DNA from: Balanoglossus misakiensis
Lineage: Eukaryota > Animalia > Hemichordata
NCBI GenBank assembly: GCA_040954595.2
Contig: CM082589.2
Span: 398,888-462,887, forward strand
Direction of reading: 5' to 3'
DNA: 64,000 bases
Shown here: in pieces, positions 41,201 to 55,600 of the stretch
Position numbering within the stretch: position 1 is the stretch's first letter
Layout of the letters: each line of letters opens with the position of its first letter
Program-made: the position numbers and the translations under genes
Notes under the pieces: model-generated
Database searches by the model: none
The model's input: only the letters and a program-made list of their open reading frames with translations
Told to the model about the DNA's origin: nothing

Positions 41201-42549
41201 TAGATCTGTATAAGACACAATTACATATTAATTTTTGAAAAGATACTTTTATAAATAGTTGCTATGTCTGCTTCATGAACCATAACCTTTAAAAGACACT
41301 TGAATCACAGGTATATAGAAATAACTTTGCTTCTGCCGAGCTTTGCACAAATAAAGTAAAATAATAAAGGAAAATGACAATGCATTATATAACATAAGCA
41401 ACAATATCAAATCAATAGTATTAATTATTACCTTTTTGTAGTTTAGTTCTATTGGCTAGGCCCCTGAAAATTGAATCACAGACTTACATGTCATGTATCA
41501 TGTTAAGATACAACTGCAAAACATTATTTCAAGCTTTTACATATTTGTTTTGTTAAAATGCATTTGGCATGGTTCTCTTGATATCAAATCACTGTTCGAA
41601 ATGCTAAATGGACAAAAACAATGACAAGTTTATACTCACTCAAGGGCTCTTTTTGCCAGGTCATGAGGCATTAAGTTAGCATAGCTGAAAGAAAAAAGAA
41701 ATTGTCAAAATTTACCAGTACTGACCTTATTTATATGGCAACTGGGGTTAACAGCTGAAATTGACAATACACAAAACTTTATGTCATTCAGAAATCAAGG
41801 CATCATACCATGGCTCCAAAACAATGTGACTTCAGTTTACTCACTCAGTGCCTGACATCAAGAATGGTGTTCTGACTCCATCCACAAGAACAATATTTTT
41901 GACACCTTTCTTTTCAAGAGTTTTCTTTGATTTCACCGCAGCATTGTAACTCGTAGTTGTACTTAATGCCTTGATGCTAGCTGAAAATTCAACCAAATAT
42001 AAATGTAAGGATTCAGCAATGTAATTCAGTTTTCTAACAACAGTGACAGTAAAACTTTCCTAACAGAATCCTGTCTATACCAAACACCTTTACTCAATTA
42101 CTGTTTGCAGGTGACACCAAGCTAGTTCGTGTGTGTGTGAGTTTGTCAACTCAAGGGGGCGTGGTCCAATTGACAGGGGTCTACTGGGGTACAAATCACA
42201 GGCAAAGACTGCTCGCGAATCCCCAATGATGGAAACTGAAAACATTTTCTGGTTGCATAACCGGGCGTTCGCCTGGCGACGGATTTGTGGCAACCTGTGC
42301 TGGCTGTGGTCTATAAAACACACAGGGCACAGTCCAAATGCAAACGCCGGTGCCAATCAAGACTACGGGTCTGCATGATGCGATGACTCGATCGCCGCGG
42401 ATTACTGAAACGCAGATGCACACTTGTTATTCATAAATAAAGGAAGACACAAAACTACCCCATCCATTCCATGAATACTCACTTATTCTTGCCACATTCG
42501 TAAAGTTTGGCAGAGCAGACAGAATCTTACAGCTATTCAACAGCGCCAT
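38209..42549 (-). CDS. HADHB: Mitochondrial trifunctional enzyme beta subunit (3-ketoacyl-CoA thiolase), ~13 exons
   Basis: Presequence [14 protein letters not shown] (42483-42549); [12 protein letters not shown]; MPHDLA; [17 protein letters not shown]; [15 protein letters not shown]; [15 protein letters not shown]; [22 protein letters not shown]; [14 protein letters not shown]; PKDQLLLG; [10 protein letters not shown]; [15 protein letters not shown]; ACAAGG; terminal exon 38209-38244 ([11 protein letters not shown]). Confidence 0.96.
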
Positions 42550-42815
42550 GTTGAATTGTGACCGAAATGCAATGCGATAATCGAAACGAGATTTCGTGGG
42601 GGGAAATATAAACTGTAAAATAATGCGGGGAGAAACTTGCTCTGATGCAACGCATCCCTAAGTTTTATTAATTTTGAATTTTTGCATAGAAATTTCGGAA
42701 AATCCATGCAATATATAACCAGTTATTCGATGTTTACTACTTGCGAGATTTCACGCGATCTTACATAATACGGACACCATTGTGGAAACGTGCACGTACG
42801 TAGCAGCCGGTCAAC
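42550..42815. promoter_or_regulatory. Bidirectional promoter between HADHB and HADHA (266 bp ATG to ATG)
   Basis: Divergent start codons at 42549 (-) and 42816 (+); CpG-rich spacer with clustered ACGT cores near 42787-42800. Confidence 0.75.
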
Positions 42816-45800
42816 ATGGCGTCTGTAAGGTGCATTCAAGCTGTAAAAGCTCTTTCTCGGCAAAGAACAAAACTTTTAACAGGTAAGTTCAACGATTTAT
42901 ATCCTACGACGTGGAAAGTACGCAAGACGAAGCCTTTGCAGTGTTTTCAAACATTCACGCGTCGTCATGGCAATTGAATTTAACTGTATGACAAATGAAT
43001 ATAACGGCATTCACTCATTAACTGCACCTAAACCGTGATTGAGTGAATGCCTACATGTAGTTGTCCCCGTGTCAACCCTGTGGCCAACCGTTCTTTGACA
43101 ATTTAGTGTTGGACTTAAAACACGGATACAATTAAATGATCCCTTATCTTTTAGCTATTCATATGATCTGAACTTTGTACTGCTCCGTGGTTCACATGGG
43201 CGGTCCGAGACTAACATGGGGCCGATGCATTATTTGGTACCTCGAATGTGTACGCAATGTGTACCATTTTACATTGTACGAAGTGGGCGGAAGCATTTCA
43301 GATAACTATTGGTGTTTTGTTTTGAAACCCGGTGAAGCAAAGATAGTGCTGACCTTGTAATTGGAGGCCACCCTATGATTCGCTGGACGTTTGATTTAGC
43401 ATTGTCGTGTTTACAGCAAGTTTGACTGTACCATTAGACTGGTCAGTTTAGAGTTACCAGTTATTAATTAAACTTGTCTTTTTATGTAGCTATATCTCAG
43501 CCAAGATTTCATCGTTACTTGTCTGCATCTGCTGCAATGAATGGTGAGTATGAATGTATTCCACATATTCATAAATGGTTGGTGTGAGGTTGTGTGTATA
43601 CAGGCAAGTTAAAAATCAAAATTCAGGGATACTACTTTACTAATACTAGGACCATACAGTTGTGCTTTCTCCTAGGAGCACACCAGTTAAACATTACTCC
43701 CATAATTCCTTTTACATGTATATAGTGGAATTTGATGTTTAAGTTACATAATAAACCTGACAGCATTAGCTTAAATTACAGACATACCCTTTGGTTATGA
43801 AGCTGAATGGACATAGTAATGTTTATTGATGACTGGCTTACTCAGCGTTTCATGTTAAATATTATAATTGTCATCTGATATGCAGCTATGTGAAGTTTGC
43901 ATTTACCCAATTGGCAGGTCTACTCACTTAACTTGAGTCCTACTGGATTCTTATTCTCTTTCACCTGTAGCCAAACATCTGCAATATGAAGTTAAAGGAG
44001 ACGTAGCTGTCATCAGATTTGACATGCCAAATTCAAAGGTGAGGTACATCTATTTTCCTATCCTTCTGTTACATACAGAGAATTTTTCAATTGTGACTGA
44101 AACCATGTATTGTTGAGGTTGTCTGTTGTACATTGTAAAATGTAAATACAAATCATTGGTCTCAGCTCTCAGAGTTTACCTTTCACTGACTATATATAAC
44201 CAAATATTTAAACCAAGGGGCACACTTTGCTTATAAGAATGTTTCATTTGAACACACAACTGCATGTCATACAATCAACTGGTGTTTGACACAATTGTCA
44301 AACTAAAATGAATATTCCTGCTGTATGACAAAAACATTGTGAGTGTTATATAAGTTATAGCATTGTTGATTATTAGGTAAATACTTTGACCCGAGAAGTG
44401 ATGAGTGACTTTCAAGAAGTGATGGCCAAGCTCTCTGATGACCCATTGGTTAAAGGAGCTGTCTTAATATCAGGAAAACCTTCCTGTTTTATTGCAGGAG
44501 CTGACATACAGTAAGTTTAATTCACCTAGTTCTAACTTTTGGTTGTTTTACACATTTTTTTTTGGTTTTCTTTATAACCAAGATTTTCTTGTGTATGTAT
44601 TTGACATTTGCTTTGCCAGTTACTCTTTGTGAATGTGCCATGCAAATTAGTTCTGTACTACATTTATGCTGGCTGCTTTATAGTGAAATGTGCCTGTACT
44701 GATTCTGTCAACAAATGATTGTATTTTTTAAAAACAAAAGCTGGTCATTCTCTTTTATAGATGCTTTTCTTAAGAACGGATCAGTTTTTCCATTGTATTT
44801 TTGTTGAAAGGATTATTGGAAAATTGTGACTTGAAAAATGCACTGGCATAGTGTACAAGTACAACTGGCTGACTAAGTCTATTCTTTTGATGAATAAAGA
44901 CTTCTGAATCTTTGTTTGCACTTTTCAATGTTTACATTATTTTCACAGAATGATAGCATCATGTAAAAGTGCAGAAGAGGTAGGATAACCATTATATTTT
45001 TCTGACTTTTTTACTTAAAATTTTACTTACTACCATAAATAAATTCATATGGTCAAGTTAGGTATTATTTTGATAACCCCCTTTATAGTGGTAAAACTTC
45101 TGACAGGTGCACTGATACTGGTTTTGGTTTATATTGTTTGTTGTTGATTCAGATAAGCCTGCTGTATATGTTGTACTACTATGATGGTTCAGTTTGGGAA
45201 ATACTCATGATGATAATTCTGTACTGTAATATAATGCTGTATTGCACTGTATTGCATAAATTTGTATCACCTTACCATAGGTAACAGAGTTATCAATGAA
45301 TGGACACAAAATCATGGATGCCTTGGAAAACAGTCCTAAGCCTATTGTAGCAGCTATTATGGGAAGTTGTCTGGGAGGTGGCTTGGAAGTAAGTACTGAC
45401 TAAACTATTTTCTTCAATTTAGTTTTAGCGAGTTATGTTCTCACAATGTTCAATGCCAGAGAAGTGTCATTTGTGTAAGGATTCAATAACATACTCTCGA
45501 AACCGTTTTTTTTTTAGAACAAAGAACATTACTTTGATTACAGTTGCTTAAATTTTTCTGTAATCTGTCTGTGTCTAGACTGCCATTGCATGTCACTACA
45601 GGATAGCCATGAATGATAAAAAGACATCTCTTAGTACACCAGAAGTGATGTTAGGATTACTACCAGGTGGAGGTGGAACACAACGTTTGCCAAAAATGGT
45701 AAGTAGAAGGGAGACTTATTGGTACTTTCCCACTTTTTATTTGCTGAAGATTGTACTTACCATGGAAAGAATAAGATTGGGATTCACAAGGAATTACACA

Positions 45801-48800
45801 TTGGAGAGCTGTTTTCCGATAGCCCTACTGTCTGTATGTATAATGTAAGAGGAAACTAATGGAGTGTTGTACATTTGTCAGGTCGGTTTGCCAGCCTCAC
45901 TTGACATGACCTTGACTGGTAGGAACATTCCAGCTAAGAAGGCCAAGCGAATGGGATTGGTTGATATGACAGTTGAACCTCTTGGTGAGTAGATTAAATA
46001 TAGTTCTAAGAGATCAGGTAGTCCTATGTGGTGCTGGAGATACATGATTTGACATGCAGATGCTCCCTTGCAAAACCTGTGTTTGTACCCAATGATACAA
46101 CAACTGCATCAACCCATAACATTCACATACATTGGATATTTCAGGACCTGGTATTGAACATAGCGATGTCAGGTCATTGCAGTACTTGGAAGAAATAGCC
46201 ATAGATACTGCAAGGTAAGGTGCAGAACATTAATTGGCAGTTCTTGTTTCCCTCTAAATGAATCTTTTGAATCAGGGATATGGGATAGCGCCCCCTGTGT
46301 TCAAAATTTCCAGGACTGGTATTTTCTTCTGAATATGCAAATCTGAAACACTTTTTATTTGTTACCATTTTACACAAGGGAAAGAAACGTTTTACCATTT
46401 CTGTTGTAACAGGGGCTTAGCTGATGGTAAAATCAAGAGAGGCAAGCCAAAGACACTCATGCAAAGTAAGTTTCTATAGTTATTATCAGGCTAGACATGA
46501 TGTGCAATACATGTATTGAAATGGTCATTATCGTTGAATTATGTTATTGTAATAAATGTTGTATTCGTTAATTTTCTTTACAACAGAGATGACTGACTAT
46601 GTAATGAGTACAAGTTTTGTCAAAGATCAAATCTACAAGAGAGCTAGAGGAACAGTAATGAAACAAACCAAGGGCAACTATCCAGCACCACTTAAGATCA
46701 TAGATGTAAGTACAACACATTGGTGTGTTGTTGTCTCATTGTTTATAAAAGGACAAAAAGAATGAGTCATGGCATGGGCTGCAATGATAGTTGAATTAAT
46801 CTAATTGCATTGAATCTCTATTGCAGGCAATAAAGGCTGGTGTTGATAAAGGACCTGTGGCTGGATACTTGGAGGAAGCTACAGGGTTTGGACAGTTAGC
46901 AATGACTTCAGAATCTGCTGCCTTGATTGGTTTGTTCAATGGCCAGGTAAAGTCAGAGCCTAGTGAGAATGTTTGCTCCTTGATTGAAATTCACAAAACT
47001 CTTGAATAGCCCATCCAATTTAAACGAGTAAACACACTAGTACAGTAATTGGTACTAACTATTTTTGTTTTATTTCAGACTGAATGCAAAAAGAACAAAT
47101 TTGGCAAACCGTCAAAACAAGCTAACAATATTGCTGTGTTAGGTGCTGGTCTAATGGGAGCTGGTGTCGCACAAGTTAGCGTGGATAAGGGTATGAATGT
47201 TATCCTCAAAGATATGTCATTGGAGGGACTTAGCAGAGGAAACAACCAAATATTCAAAGGGTAAGTGACATAGAAAAACAATTGGATCTTTTTTAAATTG
47301 AATGATGCATACATTACTTTGATGTTTTATGTCAAAGGTATTTTTTTTTAATTGCTCAGTGTTCAGAGGTTTTAACGCATTACTAACTTTATGTAAAAGT
47401 TGACCCTTTTCTGTAATATCAAATTACACAGCTTACCTGTTATTTTTGTAATTCACAGTTTCAACAACAAAGTCAAGAGAAAGAGACTGTCAAGGTAAGA
47501 AACTCACATGAAGCTGATTACTAAAATTATGCCAAAGTTGTTAATATCTAAAAAAACCTCCCATTATTTATAACTTATGTTATCCTACTGTTCCAAAGAG
47601 ATATGCCATGGTTCTAACTTATTTACAACATTTATACTCGGTACAAAAACAACTGCAATTGTAGTTCTGCTCATTAAAGCATGTTTTAATCTGAATCATT
47701 CAGCTTGTCAACAAAAACTAAAATGTGTGCTTTTATTTTGACAGTTTTGAGCGTGATCAGATCATGTCTAACTTGACCTGTCAGCTTGACTATGCAAATT
47801 TTGACAAAACTGATATGGTTATTGAAGCCGTCTTTGAAGATATCAATATTAAACACAAAGTTCTACAAGAAGTTGAAGCTGTAAGTATATTGTACCTTGT
47901 TGGAATAATTATGTTTGTACCAGTCTAATGAAAAGTAATAAAATATTTGTAGCTCATTTGTTATTTTTGTCACTCTTGCCTTTAAATATACAACCTCCAT
48001 GATGTACCTCAATAGATACCATTATACTCTTCCTCGGAGGCTTGGAGTTGTGTAATTTTGAAATTTACACAGTGTTATGTTTTGTCTGTTTAAGGTTATT
48101 CCAGATCATTGTATTTTTGCATCCAACACATCAGCCTTGCCTATTTCTGAAATAGCTGCTGTGAGCAAAAGGCCAGAAAAGGTAAGAAATGTATTTGATT
48201 GTAATTAGTATGAAGTCTTGCATTATTGTGTATGTATGTAAGTAAAGTGTTATGGTGCAAATGTCAAAAGTACTTGTACATAGTTTAGCTGCATTGGTTG
48301 GTTCTCCAATTTTATTTTATGATCCAAAATAGCTTTAGAATTTCTCATAGCAAATGATGATCAAAATGTTAGACTTTTCCATCTCTAGTTGCAAACTTTT
48401 TAACTCCAATAATATTTGACTTTGTTAGTTGAATTTCTTCTTGACCAGGTTGTTGGAATGCACTACTTCTCACCAGTAGACAAAATGCAACTCTTAGAGA
48501 TCATTGCCACGGACAAAACCTCCAAAGAAACATCAGCATCAGCTGTTGATGTTGGTCTGAGGCAAGGCAAGATTGTCATTGTTGTCAAAGATGGACCAGG
48601 ATTCTATACAACTAGAATTCTTATTCCAACAATGGCGGAGGTGGTCAGAATTCTACAGGTGAGAAGCAATTTGATGTGTAGTAGAAAAGAAACTTTGAGA
48701 CATAGGATGTGAGAGGCTGAATTTGAATATGCCTCTTCAAGTTCAAACAAGAATCTTAACAGAATCCTGTCATTGGCATCAAATAAAGCATCAGATAACA

Positions 48801-50137
48801 AATGTCACCTGGTTCTCACAATTTCTTTTTGCCGTATTGTTTCTGTTTCGTGTAACAGGAGGGTGTGAGTCCAAAGAAGGTTGACAGAGTGACCACAAAT
48901 TATGGATTTCCAGTGGGCAGTGCCACATTGCTTGATGAAGTTGGTATTGACGTGGGATATCATATCGCAGAAAATTTGCGTAAAGTCTTTGGTGATAGAG
49001 TGGGTGGCCCTGATCCAGGAGTTCTAAGGGATATGGTTGAAGCTGGATATCTTGGTATGCATATCCCTCGAGTTGTTGTATTTTAGACATTCTCTTGTGG
49101 TCTACAAATGGAAGTGCATATTATTTTGATGGGTGTGGCTTATATTAATTTTAATCATTAATTCCATGTAAAATACCTCTCAAGTATGCTTTGGTATCAT
49201 ACAGGAGGAGGTCATAGCTAATATTTCGACATGACCCATTTATTTAGCGTAGTTGTAGACAAGAGGGCTTAAAGCAAAAGTTGAATATAATTTTTGAAAC
49301 TTTAAACCTTTGTAAATGTTTCAAATGTATAGTTGACTGATATTCTAACTATGTAGAATCTCATGTTGACTCTTTTCAGGTCGTAAATCTGGAAAAGGCT
49401 GCTTTGTATATGAAGAAGGGACGAAAGACCGGCCTGTAAATGATGGAGCTGAGGCCATCTTCAAGAAGTATTATAGTGCACCAAAGGCCAACAACACAGA
49501 TGAAGATTTGGCATTTAGATTGCTTTCAAGATTCATCAATGAAGCTGTATTATGTCTTCAAGAAGGTGTCATCAGTGGACCTGTAAGTAAATGCCAAGTT
49601 TTCAATTTCTCTCACCTTTAACCCATTAACTGTGTGAAAAATTGCACCATGTTGAGCAGTGTTGTGTCTGAATAATCTGTAATGTCTCTTACATGCTTCC
49701 CTTATTTTCTGATTGACAGGTTGAGGGAGACATTGGTGCTGTGTTTGGTCTTGGATTCCCACCTTTCCATGGAGGTGAGTATGTAGATACAGTCGCACTT
49801 GAACTACCCATTGCCATAGGGGGAAATGTCTGAATATGTCCACAAGACAGCCTTAGAGAACCAATAGTATTTATCTTATAGGAAACTATTTAGAAGAAGT
49901 TTTTATATTGCAACACACATGTATGGCTAGTGTTATTTCAGAGTAGTTGTATATTCTATTGTATGTTGTTTTTATCTTTAAACAGGACCTTTCCGTTTCT
50001 TGGACATGTATGGTGCTGCAAGATTAGTGAAAAAGATGGAGCAATTCCGTGAACTTTATGGTGATCAGTTTGTTCCATGCCAATTACTCTTAGACCATGC
50101 TAAAGACAACACAAAGCGTTTCCACACCAAGAAATAA
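42816..50137 (+). CDS. HADHA: Mitochondrial trifunctional enzyme alpha subunit (enoyl-CoA hydratase/3-hydroxyacyl-CoA dehydrogenase), ~21 exons
   Basis: Presequence exon 42816-~42882; DMPNSKVNTL; [13 protein letters not shown]; [17 protein letters not shown]; [19 protein letters not shown]; KGNYPAP; [15 protein letters not shown]; IEAVFEDI; FASNTSALP; [15 protein letters not shown]; [10 protein letters not shown]; [14 protein letters not shown]; GRKSGKG; [14 protein letters not shown]; GPFRFLD; TAA at 50135-50137. Confidence 0.97.
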
Positions 50138-51597
50138 AGTGATGGTAATTTCAAGTTTATGCAACAGCAGGTCTTGGTATTTTGTTGTATGGACTCGCAA
50201 TAAATTGCTTCCAATCTCAAAACATAAGTTTGTGTTAGTACAGAGTGCTGCTTAGTACTTGAAATGTGTTTTTTTTTACTTTCAGTGAAATGTTAAATTT
50301 TAAACAGTACATACCTCCAGAATACCAGGTTGATGAGTGATACACATGACCTATTAAACGATATCTGCCAGTTTTATGACTTTATCCTAACAAAGGAAGG
50401 ATGAGTTGTTATAATGTTAAGTGAGAAAAAACTTTCTAACAAAGAATTGTCTATCATACTCGAACAGGAAGCCCCTACATGCACAGTATATACAAGTTGG
50501 AAAGCCTAAAAATTAGGGAGACACACTCAGTATGTGAAATATCCCACCATATTCATGTATTCTGTTATGCAACAATAGTTTCATCATTGTCAACAATTAC
50601 ACATTGAAGGCAATTGTATTGTTCAATTGTTCACAGACAGGATCAATGTACATGTAACTGTGAGGAGGATCCTCAATCTAACAATGCAATTTCTAAGTTT
50701 ATATAACTTTTGTTTTATCGCCGTATTTTATGGCAGATATGTAGTTACTGTACATAATTTTGATTTTGGTCAAATGTTTAGTTGAGTTTCTGATATGTGA
50801 GTTATGTGTGGTTAAGCTTCACTTGTTTTAGGTGTAGCTTTCCATACAATGAAATTGAACAGAATGTAATTTCTGTAGTGGTTGTCATCAAATAAAAAGA
50901 GATAAAAGATCAGTGAGTGATGGCATTCAGTTTGTCGATGTATCATGTGATCACTGTATGAGTCATGATTGTGCCAAAGGTTCACAACTGTACATCCAAG
51001 CTGAATGACAGTGCCATGTCTGTCTGTCTGTCTGTCCGTCCGGTGACCATTTATCATGGTAAGCTAACTTCGCCATTACTACAGTGGCAAATTAATTAAA
51101 ACACATAAAAATAAAAAAAATAATTCCAGTCCACATAAAATTATTTCTAAAATATTAAAAAAACAATTTTGACCAGAACAGGCCCAACGTGCGTATACTG
51201 CCAGACACATTCCCACATGATGACAAACAGCCTTATTTGGAAGGCATATGCATGGGTGACTGTTCTGGAATTGTTAATGTCGCCACCAAGTGTTGGAAAT
51301 TTTCGTGACGTCATCCAACTTTTTGAACTTAAATGGCCGCTGCACGCGAGTGCAATTTATAGCCGAGTAAAAGGTCACTCGAAGCAGAAATATTTCCTTA
51401 TTTGTGGACGACTTTTGTTTCTATTTTGTTAACTTTGTTATATGTAACTTGTTTGTTTTTCCTGGTGAAGCAAATTACTCACACGAGAGAAAATAGCTGA
51501 GCAACGCCTGTTCACAAAATTTAAATATATATTGAAAACGCGCCGTACATTGCCAGACAGATTCGCACGTGCTAGGTAAAGAGATTGAGGTCTGTTC

Positions 51598-52602
51598 TAG
51601 TCTCGGTTACCCAGACGCCTTTGCTCTTCCGATGCTCTCCAGAAAAGGGTCTGGGGAAATGCTATTGAAAGCTTAGTCTCGGTTACCCAGACGCCTTTGC
51701 TTCTTCCGATGCTCTCCAGCAAAGGCGTCTGGGTAACCGAGACTATTGAAAGCTTTGTAAAACAAAATGGCCGATGTCAGGATTTTGATCATCGCCTGAT
51801 TGGCTGAGCTGTCAGTATGACCCGGGTCACTGCAATAGTTTCGACAATCGTCTACCAAAGATATTTCATATAATTTCTCCAACAATGCTAACAGAGGACG
51901 CATTTTGCCTTTCGCATCAACCAACAAGTACCGGTCTCTTGATATGAAGATACGACAAATAATCACACATTGTCGAGAGTCAGTGACCCGGGTCATACTG
52001 ACAGCTCAGCCAATCAGGCGATGATCAAAATCCTGACATCGGCCATTTTGTTTTACAAAGCTTTCAATAGTCTCGGTTACCCAGACGCCTTTGCTCTTCC
52101 GATGCTCTCCAAGAAAAGGGTCTGGGGAAATGCTATTTAAAGCTTTGTAAAACAAAATGGCCGATGTCAGGATTTTGATCATCGCCTGATTGGCTGAGCT
52201 GTCAGTATGACCCGGGTCACTGCAATAGTTTCGACAATCGTCTACCAAAGATATTTCATATAATTTCTCCAACAATGCTAACAGAGGACGCCTTTTGCCT
52301 TTCGCATCAACCAACAAGTACCGGTCTCTTGATATGAAGATACGACAAATAATCACACATTGTCGAGAGTCAGTGACCCGGGTCATACTGACAGCTCAGC
52401 CAATCAGGCGATGATCAAAATCCTGACATCGGCCATTTTGTTTTACAAAGCTTTCAATAGCATTTCCCCAGACCCTTTTCTGGAGAGCATCGGAAGAAGC
52501 AAAGGCGTCTGGGTAACCGAGACTAAGCTTTCAATAGCATTTCCCCAGACCCTTTTCTGGAGAGCATCGGAAGAAGCAAAGGCGTCTGGGTAACCGAGAC
52601 TG
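51598..52602. mobile_element. Nested MITE complex: TAGTCTCGG-ended element carrying two self-insertions
   Basis: Outer copy 51598-52602. A 72-bp mini-copy 51674-51745 is flanked by TTGAAAGCT (51665-51673, 51746-51754). A full 458-bp copy 52068-52525 is flanked by AGCTTTCAA (52059-52067, 52526-52534). TIRs ~155 bp; the ~148-bp core occurs twice, 390 bp apart, nearly identical. Confidence 0.92.
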
Positions 52603-55600
52603 TTTACTTTCAGCACATCACACTCTACCGACGATATTGAACTATGCTTTTGTTTTTTTCTAAACGACCACTTTGCAACAGCGCCACCTTGCGTCAATAG
52701 TTGGTATATCATGGCGCATCCAACTGTGTAGGGTCGTTCGTCAGCTATATTTAAATGCAGGATTTTCGGGCGATATATAAAGAGCAAGTGTTTTTTTCTT
52801 GCGATGTGTATGTGATTTTGTATTTGGTGCTGTAGCCATAGAGAAGAAGATATGAATGGAATCATCGGAACCGTTAAGGTAGGACAAAGCGACAACAAAA
52901 TATGAGTTCGAACTGAATGGACAAAAAGCTTGCTAGACCTGTTCTATCAATCCCAAAATACAAGACTATTTCCATAATAATTTGGATGTCATTTATGCAT
53001 TTTATTATTTATTTTCTATGTCTGTCAGCATCCCCAAGAATAGCGTCTTGACGAAAAGGGTTTCATTTCCCGTTTCTGTAAAAAAAGAAGAAAAAATGTG
53101 TAAGCACGTAGGTCTTGCAGTGTATGCCCGGAATATATGTTTATTTGGTCACGTGGCACATGAATTTCTATTTTCGTCATCGTGTGTCAAGTCCTGTTGA
53201 CCTCAATTGACCTTCTGAATTGTTAACGCCCTTGGAATGTTCAAACGTGCGGTAGTGTTTCAAGAATCAATTTTCGGATAATTGCAATCTTTTTATAGCA
53301 AGTGATATTAGCCTTTGTCTCGGCCTACATCCAAAACTGTCAGTGCACTCCACTCAGGATGACGACGCAATCATATCTGTCATTGTTTGCAGTTATGATG
53401 CCTTTGTTGTTAATGATTTGCGAACTTTGGGAGATTAGTGGTGTTTGATAAGGCTGGTTGTTTCTAAATAATATACAAAATTCCTCTCTAGTCTGATCAT
53501 AAACCCAGTAAAATGAAGAACCTGTGAATGAACACGACACGACCTCAAAAAATAAATCTTTTCCCCTCAGGCCATTTTTGAAAAGATGTTACCCTCCCTC
53601 GAAAACGCATTTGTTTACAACGCTGTTAAGTTCTTAAGTTCGTATTGACATGATTATGCATAACCAGACTTGCTGATTCAATAAAATATGTAGGCGTCTG
53701 TTTTTTTCTCCCTCAAAACCCGGTCAGGCTCAAATTATAAGCGCATAACAAAAACACAAATTGTGACAAAGCTAGGGAGTCTCTTATGATGTCATCGTAC
53801 AGCTGGTTTGTCATCATGAACATGGCTGCACGAACAACCTTCTGCATCTTTTCCCGGAGCTAGCCCCATTCCATCACCCAAGCGCGAACCTCGCTGGATT
53901 TTTGACACCACCTCCGTGAATTCTGGCTGAACATACTAGCAAGTCCGTCGGAGAATTTAGTAAGTGAAACCACCATTTCAAATAGTGTAAATGTTTGAAC
54001 ACGTTAGTGTGATGGTAAAACATATTCCACGTGCCCACCTATCGCGTTCATTATAACACCCTCACTCTACACTTGCATTGTCCATGTACGATGATGATTC
54101 AAATACTGGACAATGATCTTCAGATTCGAACCAGGACGTTCACTTATTAGTCATTCTGTCATTATTTCTGATCGTGACCATGACCGGCGATTGTTTTGAT
54201 CGGCCTACAGCTGCACAAACAGATTGTTTCAGGGTCGAATCGCTTCGGTTCGGATGAAAACCGGTAGGCCCAGGCCTAATCGACGATCCGAATGACATGT
54301 CATGATCATGATGTCGTCCCCAACTGAACCCTTTTTTTGTTGGCCTATATAATCAGATCTACACAGTAGTGAGAATCACGTTTTGTATTAGTTGGCCTAT
54401 ATACACGGTCAACAATGTTTACCTACAACGTCTATTTATGAATGTTGTTCAAAACCCTTTCACATTCTGATGGAATGATTGGGCGTGATGTTTTCTTAAG
54501 TCGATTATTTAGTGCATGACAACCGGAGTCGGTGTAGCAAGGTACATACATTTCATTGCTTGCCAAGATGATCTCAACAATTCTACAAGCGTAGTGTTAT
54601 TGATTTTTGTCGGAGCTTTAAGTCTTGGCGTGCGGCTGGCTGTCTCACGTAGCGCTTTTTTGAAAAATTGATGACCAAACACGCTCACAATTAATTATTT
54701 AACTGCATGTTTGAGAGGTTTGATGCAGGCTGTTATCAGAGGTGGTTCAATTTTGCGTCTTGAAATAAACAGACCGATATCAGATACTTAACAGTTAGTT
54801 ACGTCATTGATGATGGTTTTATGTGACTTCAATTTGAAGTAGAGTGATTCTCCTCGTTTGACTATTATTGACTTTGTGTCGTATCGATCCGTATTGCCCT
54901 TTGAAACATCGCCAATGAAGGCAAATGATAGTATCATTTGTCTGTGTCGGGAACACACAACTCTGTAGACAGAGCCAGATTGATAATTGCTAGCATGAAG
55001 GAACGCGACGTACTCCCCACCGCCATGATACGAGTCAGTATGGATGTCGATTTCAGGGTTAGATGTCGCATTTCACTTTTTCTGTCTGAAATCGACACTG
55101 TCTGCACACACACGTGTTGTTGCCGAGCAGATGTGGAGTAACCGACACTGAAGTTAATCAAATTCACAGTTGTGTTTTGAAACGTTGACGGCGTGTTTTT
55201 AGATAAGGCTTATCATTAGAAACTGTTTTGCTTCATTGTACAAGGCATGTATGTTATTACATAATGTTGATACTAATTATATAGCCATTTTACATGAAAT
55301 ACTTAACACCCGACCAAATTTGAGGCGAGGTGGTCGGCTGGTTTTCCCAGGGGTGTGATAATAATATTGCAGGTATATCTACGCACGATGTCATGTGACT
55401 TTAGAGTCGGCATGTAATCTGTTTTTGTGCAATTTTTGGGCATTTGAATTTCAGTCGTTTTAACGGGGATGATCGTCAGTTTCAGAGTAGAAAGAACTAT
55501 TTGTTAAACAGTGATGTATAACGTATTATTATTATAATAAAATACAACCTTACCTAGAAGAGATATAGTGACAGAAACTATGGCCTGAGGCCATGGAACG

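Noticed and set aside
51673-52898. Repeated 77-151-aa ORFs and a repeat-spacer-like pattern (CRISPR-like look)
   Set aside because: Fully explained by nested MITE copies with TSDs; the 'spacers' are identical cores, there are no cas genes and the context is eukaryotic. No transposase motif.
53808-53890. Faint similarity to SLC16 exon 1 (candidate missing 5' exon for the orphan exon)
   Set aside because: Only short word matches; no PDGGWGW frame or minus-strand donor. Compatible with chance.
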